A DNA stretch of 58,781 nucleotides, from the NCBI GenBank assembly GCA_010093995.1, contig ML992504.1, positions 1,849,394-1,908,174 on the forward strand, in the 5' to 3' direction. The stretch is from Elsinoe ampelina. Its lineage: Eukaryota. Under the pieces are notes generated by a model that did not search any database, was not told where the DNA came from, and saw only the letters and a program-made list of their open reading frames with translations. Positions 26,881 to 38,541 of this stretch are shown here, in pieces; the first letter of the stretch is position 1, and the number at the start of each line of letters is the position of its first letter. Both the position numbers and the translations under genes were made by a program.

Positions 26881-26920
26881 GTGCAAAGGGGGGCGGTGTG
26901 CAAACCCCCATCTCGCACGT
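26881..26920. repeat. Right TIR of transposon B (partner 3934-3973)
   Basis: Reverse complement acgtgcgagatgggggtttgcacaccgcccccctttgcac versus 3934-3973 atatataagatagagatttatatactactctcctttatac: 17 of 40 positions differ, all C>T or G>A. Confidence 0.88.
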
Positions 26921-27365
26921 TACCTAGTGAGAACGTGGCTGCAATAGTCCAGTTCGGAGACCCTCGTAAGTGCTGTTGCAGTGACGTAATGGTTGTACAT
27001 TCTGACAGTACCTACCAGAACGTAACCTTTCGATTGGGACTGTACCATCGGAGAAGATACTATCCTTTTGTCGCGCAGGGGACGATGTCTGTGAGCTAGG
27101 GACATACTCGATCAAGGCTCCACATCTGCAATACGGAGAGGATGCTGTTTCAGCAGCAGAATTTCTAATCAGGACTGCTGGACGGGGGAACGGGACTTCT
27201 TCTGCGACTCCGCCGTCCAGTTCGACGTCTGCTTCGACAAATGGACCAAGCAGTGCCAGTGCAGCACCCCGGAGCACAAATGCCTCCGTGCGGTTGACCA
27301 TCGATACCAGCTTGTGCCTGTATGTGCTTGGCTTGGCCATCCTATCGGTCCCTTTCCTATCCTAG
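26921..27365 (+). pseudogene. Cutinase fragment 3 of 3 (catalytic Asp/His region plus Ser/Thr-rich, GPI-like tail); intron 26966-27018
   Basis: PSENVAAIVQFGDP, then intron (GTAAGT..CTGAC..CAG), then QRNLSIGTVPSEKILSFCRAGDDVCELGTYSIKAPHLQYGEDAVSAAEFLIRTAG...SLCLYVLGLAILSVPFLS-TAG. Contains the FGDP, CxxxDxVC and HxxY cutinase motifs. Confidence 0.92.
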
Positions 27366-28796
27366 GCGCTACGCTGAACTCAAAGCTGGTACCAGCATCA
27401 GGGGAACGATAGTACCTGCCAGTGTGCTTGCTTTGACTGCAGCAGTCAATGCAGGACACGGTCACAACATTGAGAAGCCTCCCTCTATTGATGGGTACAG
27501 CGCACCCCGATGGATAAGATAATCGGGAAAGAGCGCGCTGAGTCTGAAGTCTTTGCACTCAGATCCTCTGTTGGACTCATTCGGAAAGGCAAGACCTGGT
27601 AGTGATGTGGGCCTCGCTTCTCACCTGTTCCATGAGCAGGCTCGCAGACTTATCTCGCGTCGACAACAACAATGCCAAGAAGCTCTTCAGAGTCATTACA
27701 TGCCCTATATTGGTCGGACGCATGGTTCATCCGAGGACGTACTTTGACAGTAGCATACCACGCTTGGTAGATGCTGGTGATTAATGAAGACCAGATAGAC
27801 GGAGCACTGCGGAAGCTTTCAGGACGACCACGGATAGTCAGAGGAATAAGCACAATGGAGCGCTTCAAACCCATGTCAACAAGTTCTCATTGTAAGTCAC
27901 ATGAAGTATCACAGCCTCGAAAGTGCAAACAACAAGTATTGTGCGATGGTCGAGACCACCACCGGCCATGACTACCAGAAAGCAGATTGACATCATGACT
28001 CAGTCGGCAGTTTCCAGGGTTCAGCATCGGATGAACTCGACCACTGTCAAACAGCACGATTTCAATTTTCGGGGAGAGGACGGAGGCTTTTGTCTTCCGC
28101 GATTTGAATTCGATGCAGGGTTCGAGGTGTAAGGTGTTTGCGGCTGCCCGGAGATTAGCCCTATTGGGGAAAGCATGACGTACGATGATCGGATCGGACC
28201 AATCTGCGTGGGCCAAAATTGAAAAAAGGGGCCCCTGCGCTGCATCCAACGAAGAATTACAGTCCCTGACATCAAATTCCACGATCTTGGGATCACCACG
28301 ACTTGAGATCTGAAATCGGCATGTGATTTTGTTTGTGTTGGGACCGGGGCAGGCCTCCTGCTGCGTGTTTCTAGAGCTGTGAAATGCATCGTCGAAAGAG
28401 CAGCATGCGTGACGATTATGATACTGGAAAGACAGGACTTCCTGGTGGTGTCTCCTGTCATGAACAAGTAATCGAAACAATAATTTCTGACCCCAAATTA
28501 TATTATGATGCTTGCAACTAAAATAAAGTTAGGGGAAGCACTTTTGTCTTGGCGAGATCTTGTGATGATCTGCCATGACGTCTCGTCGATCTCGTTGAAT
28601 ATCTCATCTCGTCAATCACGGACTTGATGAATGTTCCGACCACGTGAATGCACGGCATGTGGGTATCCTGCCATCTCACCTATATTTGCATCCCGCCCAC
28701 CATCCCTTGCTTAATTCATCAACAGTCCACACAGGTTTACCTCTATTTGGCCCTCCACTACATCAATCTGGATCTCTAACCTGGACGATCTTCAAG

Positions 28797-30554
28797 ATGG
28801 TGGCCGATCTCATCAGAGACAGCTTCTTTGGCCATGCCGTCCGCCTGGCTACTGGTCAGAAAGCTTTCACCTACCCAGAAGAACGCGACCCAGCCATCGC
28901 GGGGAGGTACTACCACTATGAAAAGTCGACAAACATGGCCCGATATGGCCAGATCTCGCCACCAGAAGATACCCCGAAGAAGGACATCGAGAAGAGTGAT
29001 TCAACCTCACCGACGCCCCGCCCAAGCAATGCCCAACTCTACGGTCGCGAAGATCGTGGTAGTGTCAGCTCTTCCGCCACAGAGGCTATCCCGCAGGTAT
29101 CCAACATAGCAGGTACACCCGTCGACTCTGAGAAGGGACGCGATGTCACTGTCATTGATTGGGATGGACCAAACGATCCAGAAAACCCTCGCAACTGGTC
29201 AACACCAAAGAAATTCTTTGTTACATTCGAGATCTGTTTACTCACCACCGGTGTCTACATTGGCTCCGCTATCTACACACCAGGTCTCTATGGAGTTATG
29301 GAGCAGTTCCGAGTCAGCCAACTTGTGGCCCTCCTTGGTCTCTGCCTCTTCGTCGCTGGTTACGGTCTCGGTCCCATGGTCTTTGCGCCAATGTCGGAGA
29401 TCCCACAGATTGGTCGCATGCCCATCTACATCATCACCTTGATCGTCTTCGTCGTCTTCCAGTTGGGTGTCATCTATGCCAGAAACATCGGCATGCTTCT
29501 CGCCTTCCGCTTCCTTACTGGTCTGTTCGGATCGCCCGTTCTTGCGACTGGTGGTGCGACCCTCGCCGATATCTACCCACCAAAGAAGCAAGCTTATGCT
29601 TTGTCTGTCTGGGGCATGTCTGCTGTCGCTGGTCCCACTCTTGGTCCTACCGTCGCTAGTTTCGCCGTCGTTGCCAAGGGGTGGACCTGGTCCATCTGGC
29701 CGCTGATGTGGCTGTCTGGATTCGCCCTTCTCGTCCTCATCTTCTTCCTACCAGAGACGTCTTCCGCCAACATCCTCTACCGAAAAACCCGCCGCATCGC
29801 GAAGATCACTGGCAACGATAAGCTCACCTGTGCACCAATGCTCATGGGTGAGTCCATGACCGGCAAGGACATCGTCATGATGGTCCTGGTTCGACCGATC
29901 ACGCTCAACTTCCAGGAGCCCATGGTGTTCCTGCTCAACCTGTACATTGCCCTCATCTACGGTCTTTTGTACATCTGGTTTGAGTCGTTCCCGATCACTT
30001 TCCTCCAGGTCTACCGCTTCCCTGAAGGCACCTTTGGTCTTACCTACCTCGGTATCCTTGGTGGTGCTCTAGTCACTATCGGTCCTTTCTTCGCCTATCT
30101 GCGCTTCGTCCAAGAGAAGCAATTCGACGAAAATGGAAACATCCAGCCTGAGAAGCGTCTTATCCCAGCCATGTTCGGCTCCTTCGCCATTCCCATTTGC
30201 CTGTTCTGGTTCGGTTGGTCCGCTGGCCGCACCCACTGGATCGTCCCCATCATTGGATCCGGCTGGTTCTCTCTCGGCGCGTTCTGCCTTTTCAACTCTA
30301 TTCTCAGCTATCTCGGCGACGCATACCCAGACTATGTTGCATCCGTCTACGCCGGGAACGACTTGTTCCGTTCTGCGTTTGGCGCTGGCTTCCCACTGTT
30401 TGCTACCGCAATGTACAACAAGCTCGGCATTGACTGGGCAAGCAGCACCTTGGGATTCATCTCCATCGCCTTCATCCCTATACCATTCGTCCTGTACAAG
30501 TACGGTCGCACCCTGCGTGTGAACCACAGCAAGTTTGCTCGCAAGGATATCTAG
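28797..30554 (+). CDS. MFS drug:H+ antiporter, DHA1 family (Flr1/Caf5-like), 585 aa, no introns
   Basis: First ATG at 28797 (MVADLIRDS; the ORF track starts at an upstream GTG). Motifs DWDGPNDPENPRNWS, APMSEIPQIGR, RFLTGLFGSP, LPETS and PEKRL, with multiple hydrophobic helices. Confidence 0.93.
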   Translation: MVADLIRDSFFGHAVRLATGQKAFTYPEERDPAIAGRYYHYEKSTNMARYGQISPPEDTPKKDIEKSDSTSPTPRPSNAQLYGREDRGSVSSSATEAIPQVSNIAGTPVDSEKGRDVTVIDWDGPNDPENPRNWSTPKKFFVTFEICLLTTGVYIGSAIYTPGLYGVMEQFRVSQLVALLGLCLFVAGYGLGPMVFAPMSEIPQIGRMPIYIITLIVFVVFQLGVIYARNIGMLLAFRFLTGLFGSPVLATGGATLADIYPPKKQAYALSVWGMSAVAGPTLGPTVASFAVVAKGWTWSIWPLMWLSGFALLVLIFFLPETSSANILYRKTRRIAKITGNDKLTCAPMLMGESMTGKDIVMMVLVRPITLNFQEPMVFLLNLYIALIYGLLYIWFESFPITFLQVYRFPEGTFGLTYLGILGGALVTIGPFFAYLRFVQEKQFDENGNIQPEKRLIPAMFGSFAIPICLFWFGWSAGRTHWIVPIIGSGWFSLGAFCLFNSILSYLGDAYPDYVASVYAGNDLFRSAFGAGFPLFATAMYNKLGIDWASSTLGFISIAFIPIPFVLYKYGRTLRVNHSKFARKDI

Positions 30555-30761
30555 ATTGTCAGCATTCAGTCTTGGTCTCATCAGCGCGGCGTTTCACATA
30601 CATGCAAGGAAATCATAAAAGAAACAAGCACAGCAAGGAGCATGGTTAGATCAACGGTTCTCACGATACCACGTTTTGCGTTTCCCAGTGATTGATAGAC
30701 TGTACTATACTCAATTTTAATGACTCTTATCTCAAACCTCTTTCCCTGCTCCTCCTCCCTC

Positions 30762-31723
30762 CTAGTACGTCGCAGGCATAACACTTAGTCTCCCCCCATC
30801 CAAAACCTGCACATTCCCATTCAAATAACTCCCCGCCTTGCCCACAGTATAAAGCACCGTCCCCGCCATATCCTCAAACGCCCCCGGCACGCCCGCCGGC
30901 ACCTTATCCACAGGAAACTCCACCGCCCCTCCCGCCGTCATCTCACTCGGGAACCGTCCCGGCGCGATGGTGTTGCTCCGTATCCCCCACCCGGCGAGGA
31001 AATGCGCCATCGCTTTGCCCAGCAGCACCGCGCCGGCTTTACTCGCCGTGTACGCCAGTCCGGCCGTGACTTCGCGGTTGAAAGCCGAGATGCTGGCTAC
31101 GGTTATGATCTGGCTGGTGCGCAGGTCGGAGGGGTCGATGCCTTCTGGGATGGTTTCGCGTTTGTGGTGGGTTTGTTTGGTGGAGGGCCAGCCTTTGCGG
31201 ATGTTGCCTTGGTGGAGCAAGGGGAGGAAGGAGGCTGAGACGGTGATTACCGCCGTGGTGTTGATGGCGTAGGTCTGGGGCCAGGCGGCGGGTTGGGAGA
31301 GCATCATTTCTGAGAGTTGGGTGATGGAGGTGGCGTTGTAGAGGTCCGTGTGCGTGGGACCGGTGATGCCGGCGTTGTTGATGAGGACGTCGATGTAGGG
31401 GGTGGCTTTTGAGATGGTGGACACCGCGGAGGAAAGGGAGTCGGCGGAGGTCACGTCGCATTGGATGGGTTGGATGGAAGGGCCGAAGGAGTCCCGGGCG
31501 GCTTCGAGGGGTGGTAGGCGTCGACCGAGGAGGAAGATCTTGGAGGCACCATTGCGGGCGAGGGCAGAGGCGAAGGCGAGACCAATTCCTGGGAATATCT
31601 TAGTCAATGGTAGAGAGAAAGTTGTTGGGAGTATGAGATACCGCTTCCGCCACCGGTGATGACTATGACTAGCCCCTGGGCGGAGAAGAGGTCAGACGGA
31701 TTCGAGGAGTTGTTCACTTCCAT
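30762..31723 (-). CDS. Short-chain dehydrogenase/reductase; exons 31723-31642 and 31588-30762
   Basis: Splicing intron 31589-31641 (GTATCT..CAG) restores the Rossmann motif VIVITGGGSGIG; NNAG and catalytic YTASK are present. Confidence 0.92.
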
Positions 31724-32022
31724 GTTTGATGCTACAGTCACGAAGAGTATTCAAGGGATATGAAGTTGAGACGGAAGATTTAGCAGAGACTGTCGACCAT
31801 GTCACGGCACCTATTTGCCGTCCCCATGTCGTGACGTGGTAGTAATCATTCTTCCAGATGTGGAAGGTGGGGTTGCACGAGGAACGACAGCGACATCGGC
31901 CAGTGAGGGGCAAGAAGCATTCTTCACAGTTTGCGATATTAATGGGATTGCCGTGTCTCATTTTTGGATCTCAACACTATGATTGTTTTCTCCTCAACTG
32001 ATTATCTATCTTTTCTATCACT

Positions 32023-33630
32023 CTACTCCAAAGGGAAGAAAGTGCCGTTCTGGCAAGCAAATCCAAGCTCAGGGTTGAGAGACTCAGTAGCATTAAAGCA
32101 GATGACTGAGGCTGGCTCACTCTTCTGCGGCCATATCTCGATACCTGTAAACTTGAAGTCGGAGCATGATGAATTGGTGTTGCACTCCACAATGATCGCT
32201 TGAGTGCCGTCGAGCTGCGGTAGACCAGCGTTGTACCAGCAGGGTTCGGTCACGCAGCTGCCATCTCCTGGGTTGTAACTGTTGATACTACCAGAGATAT
32301 TGACAAAGTTGAAGTTCTCCATAATGACGCTGGAATTGTTAGGTCGTCCAGTGACCTGGCCTGGGAAGAGCTGTGTTTGGTTGGAACCTTGATTGACATA
32401 AGTCTGGGTGACCAGGATCGGCTGGGTAACGTTCTCGAGCCTGATATTGGACCAAGTGATATTCTTTGCAATTCCTTTGCCTCCAATCCACGACTTGAAG
32501 CGAGCCCCATACAGAATGTTGGAGGCTACGTTGTCGTCGAACAGAATGTTCGTCACATTGGCCGCAACCGCCTGATTCTGGCCCAGAGATCCGATACTCA
32601 TTCCGTGACTCTGATAGCCCACGAAGTTCCTGCGAAAGGTGACATTGTGGGAGGGTGACTGGACTGCGATGGCATCGTCGCCATTGCTGATATGAGAGTC
32701 TTGAATGATGATATTTGTGCCCGTTACACCGAAGCCGTCGGTGTTGAACGGGAACCCTCCGTTCGAAGTGGCTTCGATCCGAGCATTACTAACAGTGATA
32801 TTGTCTCCAATAAGCTGCGTGTTCCATGCAATTGGCTTCCAAGATTTGTAGTAATTCATGACCGAGTTGGTAGTGTTAAATCGGAGCAGGTGCGGCCGTG
32901 CGATGGCTCCTGTACCGTTGACCGGGTTCGTGTCCCACCACTGTTGGCCGTATGAATTGATCCAGCCTGTAGTAACATTCGATGTGCCCACGTAGTCGAT
33001 GGATGGGCCCGCGAACCAGAACCAGTAAAGAGTGCCAGCTTGTTGATTGCCGCCTGAAGCGTTGACAATCTCCCTGATAGTGTTAGCATCGTTAAACCAA
33101 CAAACAGTCACGTGTGTCCATGATTCCCCCATGATCGAATGTCCTGCGTGCATCTCCCGGCGAAAGTGAGTCTACCCAGGCCGCCACGCTTGCTCATGAC
33201 CACAACAGCTGAACATCCTCGGAACCACCATTCTTTGGAGCCATCGTCCCACCAGTATGCCGCTGTTGTCTCAGGATATTGCACGTCGTGGAGGTCGTTG
33301 ACTCTCGATCATTGACAAATGTATGAGATGGTGGACTTACTGGACCGCAGTGATGTTGGTCGGCAGATGCAGATTTCCGAGCATTGAGATCTCCACATTA
33401 GACAGATTTGTGGCTTTGATCGGAGTAAGGACATTGTAGTCAACTCCAAGCCCGAATTCCACGACACCATTCACTCCACACTTTGCAAATGCCTTTTGGA
33501 TAGCGGGCGAGTCGTCAAGGGTGCCGTTCGACCTTGCATACTGAGATGGCACCTTGCATCTTTTCGTCCGTCCATGTGCTGCTGCTAGAGTTGCTAAAGA
33601 TAGTAGAGCAAGGTTGTAAAGAGAACGCAT
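32023..33630 (-). CDS. Secreted glycoside hydrolase family 28 (exo-polygalacturonase / exo-rhamnogalacturonase-like); exons 33630-33341 and 33073-32023
   Basis: Signal peptide MRSLYNLALLSLATLAAA, DDSPAIQKAF..C, and GH28 motifs NTDG, GDD, SHG, RFK. Intron 33074-33340 (GTAAGT..GCTAAC..CAG) keeps the frame. Confidence 0.92.
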
Positions 33631-34241
33631 CTTGCATCGAGTGGTCAAGTTTTCTACTCAAGATACAGGCCGTCGAGAAGACAAGAGAAAGACGAGAAAC
33701 CGACTTCTGTTTCTTTACATATGGTCATCCCAGCTCAAGCACGGCATCAGAGCCGATGGAGAAATATCAGTAGTGCATATGGCGTGGCATCCATAATTTT
33801 TCCGTGTGGTCAAGGCCATGCCGTACTGTGCGTCACACTCTTCCTTCAAGATGTATGTAGGATCGCAAAGGGAGTGCCGCATGCGAGTACAGACCGTGTG
33901 CAGAACGTACAGCTTCATATCGAGGTGGACTGTCTTGTTCGTGAGAGCATTTGTTCCTTCGAGGACGAGGTGGCGGCCTTGGAAAATGCTTGAGAGCGCG
34001 CCTGGGCACTGATATGACACAGAATGGTTCCTGAGAGAACCCTGTAGGTCTTTTTGTTGGGTTTGTCCCGTAGTTTTTTGGTCGGAGGAAGGTGAGGAGA
34101 AAACGGGGAAATTGGGTGCGGGGAAGAAGCTGATCGGCGTCATCCGGCTTGGCGATGCACGGACGACGACGAGCGTGACCTTCTCTGTTCAGGCATCCCG
34201 AGCCACACCGCAAGGCAATAGTGCATCCTTCTCATGATCTC

Positions 34242-34909
34242 ATGGCCGGCACGCCTGCAGAGATCATGGACCAGCCGCAGACAATGCAGAGTGATAGTTT
34301 TGATATCGAGGCGGCCAAGCAAGACCTACAGGCACTGTGGATCAAGTATCTGGGTTTCTTGGATCAGTACTCGAAAGCACAGCAGGAGATTGGGACATAT
34401 CACTCATCTGTGTGTGCTTGCATTGAAATACAGGAAAGACGAGTCTGACAGGATGGTAGGGAACGTTTTCTCTAGCAGAGGCGAACTTCAAGAACACTAC
34501 AAGGACTAGATATGGCCAGGACTACTACGATGAAAGGATGCAAGCTGCCACAAGATATTCAGTGGCTGACACGACTTCCAAGACCCTCAGACTGGAGAGG
34601 CGAGAATCTTCACAGATCAATGTCACAGCATCAAAGGTGAACGGCAATGTCACTTCAGAGGCTACCAACGCTAAGAACCATGAGGAATCTGCTCAGGATC
34701 TCAACGGAGAATCTGCACCAGATCCCATCAAATGGTTCGGAATCCTGGTGCCGCCTCAGCTTCGGAGTTGTCAGAAAAGCTTCTTGGACATGGCCACGGG
34801 ACCAATTATAGACGCCATCAATGCTTCGAGGTCTCTGCGAGAGGTCGAGACCAACATCCGCAAGACACGTAAGGATATCCGGAAAGCTGAACGAGCAACC
34901 GCATCTTGA
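34242..34909 (+). CDS. VMA22: V-ATPase assembly factor Vma22/CCDC115 family; intron 34410-34459
   Basis: Spliced product ...YLGFLDQY...GTFSLAEANF...RYGQDYYDERMQA...DPIKWFGILVPPQLR carries the recognisable CCDC115/Vma22 motifs. The start codon is uncertain among nearby in-frame ATGs. Confidence 0.82.
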
Positions 34910-36584
34910 CTTTGTGCGGCAAAGTGGCGCTCTCGGTATACAGCGGCAACTCTCGGTGCCTTGAAGTTGACAGGACAGCCGCACAAGCAGCCACCTGCGA
35001 GGCCAAGAACCGCCACATGACCCTGCATATTCCACCTACGAGGCCTCCACATACTATCACACGCCCTATTGTGGCAAACAGCCTCGTTGAAGCATATCAG
35101 ACAAAGCGTCGTATTGCTTTTGAGTAGCAGATGTAGATTTCCCGGTCGCAACGAGTCCGTCATCCCTCTCCACCGAGAGCGACTGGATCTGGTTGTGGAT
35201 CTATCTATCATCTTGATCAGCCCTATGCACGCCATGGCGATGATGCTAAATGGCGAGCCAGGTATTGCCCGAGGAGGACTATGGTAGTACTCGACCCAGA
35301 TTGAGAAGAGGCGAGATGACAGCACGTCGATTGAAGCATGTCGTTCAATGTGCCGTAATGAATGCATTAGGCAAGGCTCGTGTTGCCTTGTAGAACCGCC
35401 TTGAACCGAAATATGCAAAGCCATCTGTGCGGATACAAGACTATTGTATGCGCGTTCATTACTCGGAACTCCGATAAGGTCGATCATCAGGTACTTGTCA
35501 GTCACTAACAGACACATGCATTTGCGTGAAGCACTAGGATAAAGCGGCTCCAGTATGAATATTATCATTCGTGGTTGACCGCAAATCCTCCATGAGATCA
35601 GCGGAGCGAACCCAAACACAGCAGCAAATGCTTGGCGCCAAGACATGTAAATTGCGACGTCCGCCGCTAATCTGGCTTTGCTCAACAAAGGGTCCAATTC
35701 TCTATCCTCTCCCGACTCGTGCCCTTGATTTCCCACGCGACGCTTCCGAGGCTTCTTTCCTCTGTGAGGGCTCATTTAGCATTGCTTGTCGGGTGCCCAG
35801 ATTCCTGCGGACTACCAGAGCCGATCGACACCGCGGCAGATCCGAGCCAGATCCACTCGATAATTTCCCGCCCGGTTGCGCTCTTCTTTATCAGCTTGGG
35901 TCTCGTGTTCAGGCGACCGCCTAGCTCTGTTTATCATTGGACTTGCGTGATGTTGTGCAATTGATTCACAGAATAGGCTTCTGCTGTAGTCTTGCCATAC
36001 TAGGGCTATCTGATCAGCTCCTTCAGTCAACAACCGAAGACTCCGACAAGATCTTCATGATCCTTCCAGCACTCATGTCAATCCATGCATTTCGTCAGAC
36101 ATGACTGGTCAACCGACCAGGTCTAAGGTTCTCTTTCTGGACTTCCAAGAATCTCCCCGCATAAAGGCGAAGAACAAGAGTGGTCGTGCATGTCTTGTCA
36201 AGGCTCAAGCCACCGTCTATCAAAGCACACGGACCGCAGCTGTCCTATCTAGGAAGGAGCTCCATATAGGTCCCTCAAGCACCATCCAATTTTCGCCTGT
36301 CTACCCGACTTCGAGACTTTTTTGCCTCCATCTACTCATATCGCACCATCATCTTCATTGGTTCTGCTAAAGTCAGAATCGTTCTGTGGAAATTCTCCCG
36401 CTTCTTGCCAAGTATACCAAGACACTCTAGTATCCTACAGGCAGGTTGCACTTCTGATATACTACTCTTTTCGGGCAGGTATCGTGACGCTCTTTGCCGC
36501 AGTCATGTGTGTTAAAAGGTCTCTTGTGCCACGGGTGATGTGTGTGGTCAGTGGTTTCGTGCGCCATCAATTTTGAATCTCACC

Positions 36585-38541
36585 ATGGCCGTCCTTTCCA
36601 AGATCATCGCAATCGCTGCTGCAGTCAGCTCCGTTGCTGCACACCCCAAGCCCCAGGTCGAGGGTCGTCCTGGACGAATCTCTCGTCCCATCGATGACTT
36701 CCAGCCCCAGGGTTTCGCAGTGTACACCGACAACAATAAAGCCCCCACAAGTGCTCCTCCAAGTCGCTACAATGGCGACTTCGAGGCTGCCGCCGTCGCA
36801 TTCATTGCGAGGCAGTTTCCTGGAATCACCCTCCGCAAGGCCGATGCTTCATACCAGAGCTCGAACGGTATCGGCCATGTCTACTTCCGCCAGCAGATCA
36901 ACGATGTGGACCTCGACAACGCTGACGTGAACGTCAATGTGAGTTCAGACCACGGAACATCTAGTCACGACCTTCGACTGACATCTGCAGATTGCCCGCG
37001 ATGGCACAGTTTTCTCCTTCGGCTCATCAGTCTACACTGGTGAGGTCCCAAGCGAGGCCCCGAACGTCGACTCCCTCATCCGACCCGGCCAGGCTCTCGA
37101 GCGCGTCCGCTCCACATTCGACCTTCCAGGTGGCCTGTCAAACGTTCCTCTCAACCCAGATGGCGCTGGTCGCTTCAAGGCTGGTGAGCCTGCGGGTCTC
37201 GAACAGCCCTCCAAGATTGAGCTAGTGTACTACCGCCCCACCCCTGACACTGTTGTCCCGGCGTGGCGTGTGGAGACTGACACCGGTGATGCTTGGTTGA
37301 CTTCGTACATCCAGGCCGATGGTGATGTCGACAACATCCTGTCTGTTTCCGACTACACCTCCCACTCGACCTTCAGTGTCTTCCCATGGCCCGCAGTTGG
37401 TCCTCTCGACAGCAATATCACCACTGTTGCTAACCCAGAGAATGTGCTATTCTCCCCCTTCGGCTGGTTCACCCAGAACGGCACCGACTACACCGACACA
37501 CGCGGCAACAACGCCCTCGCCCAGCTCAACCGTGACGGCACAGCCGACATTGAGAACGAGGGCCGCCCCCAGGGAGGCGTCAACCGCGCCTTCTTCTTCC
37601 CCATCGACCTCGCCCGCCAAGATCCCCTCGACTACCAAGACTTCTCCACCGCGCAACTCTTCTACACCGCCAACATTGTGCACGAAGTCTTCTACTCTCT
37701 CGGATTCACCGAGCTTGCTGGTAACTTCCAGGAAAACAACTTTGGCCGCGGCGGTAGCGGCGGAGATGCCGTCATCCTCAACTCTCAGGATGGCTCCGGT
37801 CTCAACAACGCCAACTTCGCCACCCCACCCGATGGAGCCCGCGGCCGCATGAGGATGTACATCTGGGACTACACCACACCTCGCCGCGACTCGTCCCTCG
37901 ACGCTGGTGTCGTTATTCACGAGTTCGGGCACGGACTTTCCAACCGCTTGACTGGCGGCCGCAGGAACGGTCGTTGCTTGACCATCTTTGAGAGCCGTGG
38001 CATGGGTGAGGGCTGGTCAGACTTCTACGCCACTGCTCTCCGTGTCAAGGGTAGTGATACCCGCGAGGTCGATTACCCTATTGGCGAGTACGTCTATGGC
38101 AACCCAAGGGGCATCCGAGCATACCCTTACTCGACCTCGCTCGAGACCAACCCATTGACCTTCACCAACATCAACGAATTGACTGCTGTCCACGCCGTCG
38201 GACACATCTGGAATTCTGCCTTGTACGAGGTCATGTGGAACTTGATCGACGCCCGCGGTAACAGTGATGAACTCTACCCAGTCTACGACGACCAAGGTGT
38301 CCCCACTGACGGCAGGTGGCTGATGCTCAAGCTCGTGACCGACGGCCTCAAGCTCCAGCCCTGCAACCCGTCACTGCTCCAGGCCCGCAACGGAATCGTC
38401 GATGCTGAAGTCGCCCTCACCAAGGGTCGCTACAGCTGTGAGGTATGGCGAGGGTTTGCGAAGAGAGGGTTCGGGTTTGGCGCGAGCGGCAATCACCCAA
38501 ATTTGCGCGAGAGCTTCCAGTTGCCTCCCAATTGCCAATAG
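36585..38541 (+). CDS. Fungalysin (M36) extracellular metalloprotease; intron 36939-36990
   Basis: Signal peptide MAVLSKIIAIAAAVSSVAA, propeptide HVYFRQ..N..D.DNAD.NVN, NNANFATPPDG, zinc motif HEFGH and GMGEGWSD. Confidence 0.95.

Larger units (their letters stand above)
3934..26920 (+). mobile_element. pogo/Fot1-like DNA transposon B, about 2.77 kb net, split by nested Gypsy and Copia insertions (own sequence about 3934-4007, 11031-11807, 24988-26920)
   Basis: About 40-bp TIRs (3934-3973 and 26881-26920) and TA duplication at 3932-3933/26921-26922. Transposase relic NIYN(M)D(E)T(G)Y near 11708 resumes after 24992 with (PG)NRI(W)ATTI, LLI.D(GH) near 25286 and LL(Q)PL(D) near 25390. Confidence 0.88.

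Noticed and set aside
26806..27099. 97-aa ORF from the track
   Set aside because: Chimera of the transposon B end, a cutinase exon and an unspliced intron.
27887..28480. 197-aa minus-strand ORF upstream of the MFS gene
   Set aside because: Non-ATG start, no recognisable motifs, and located in the probable promoter region.
28644..28796. N-terminal extension of the DHA1 transporter in the ORF track
   Set aside because: Begins at GTG; the first ATG is at 28797 and the extension looks like 5' UTR.
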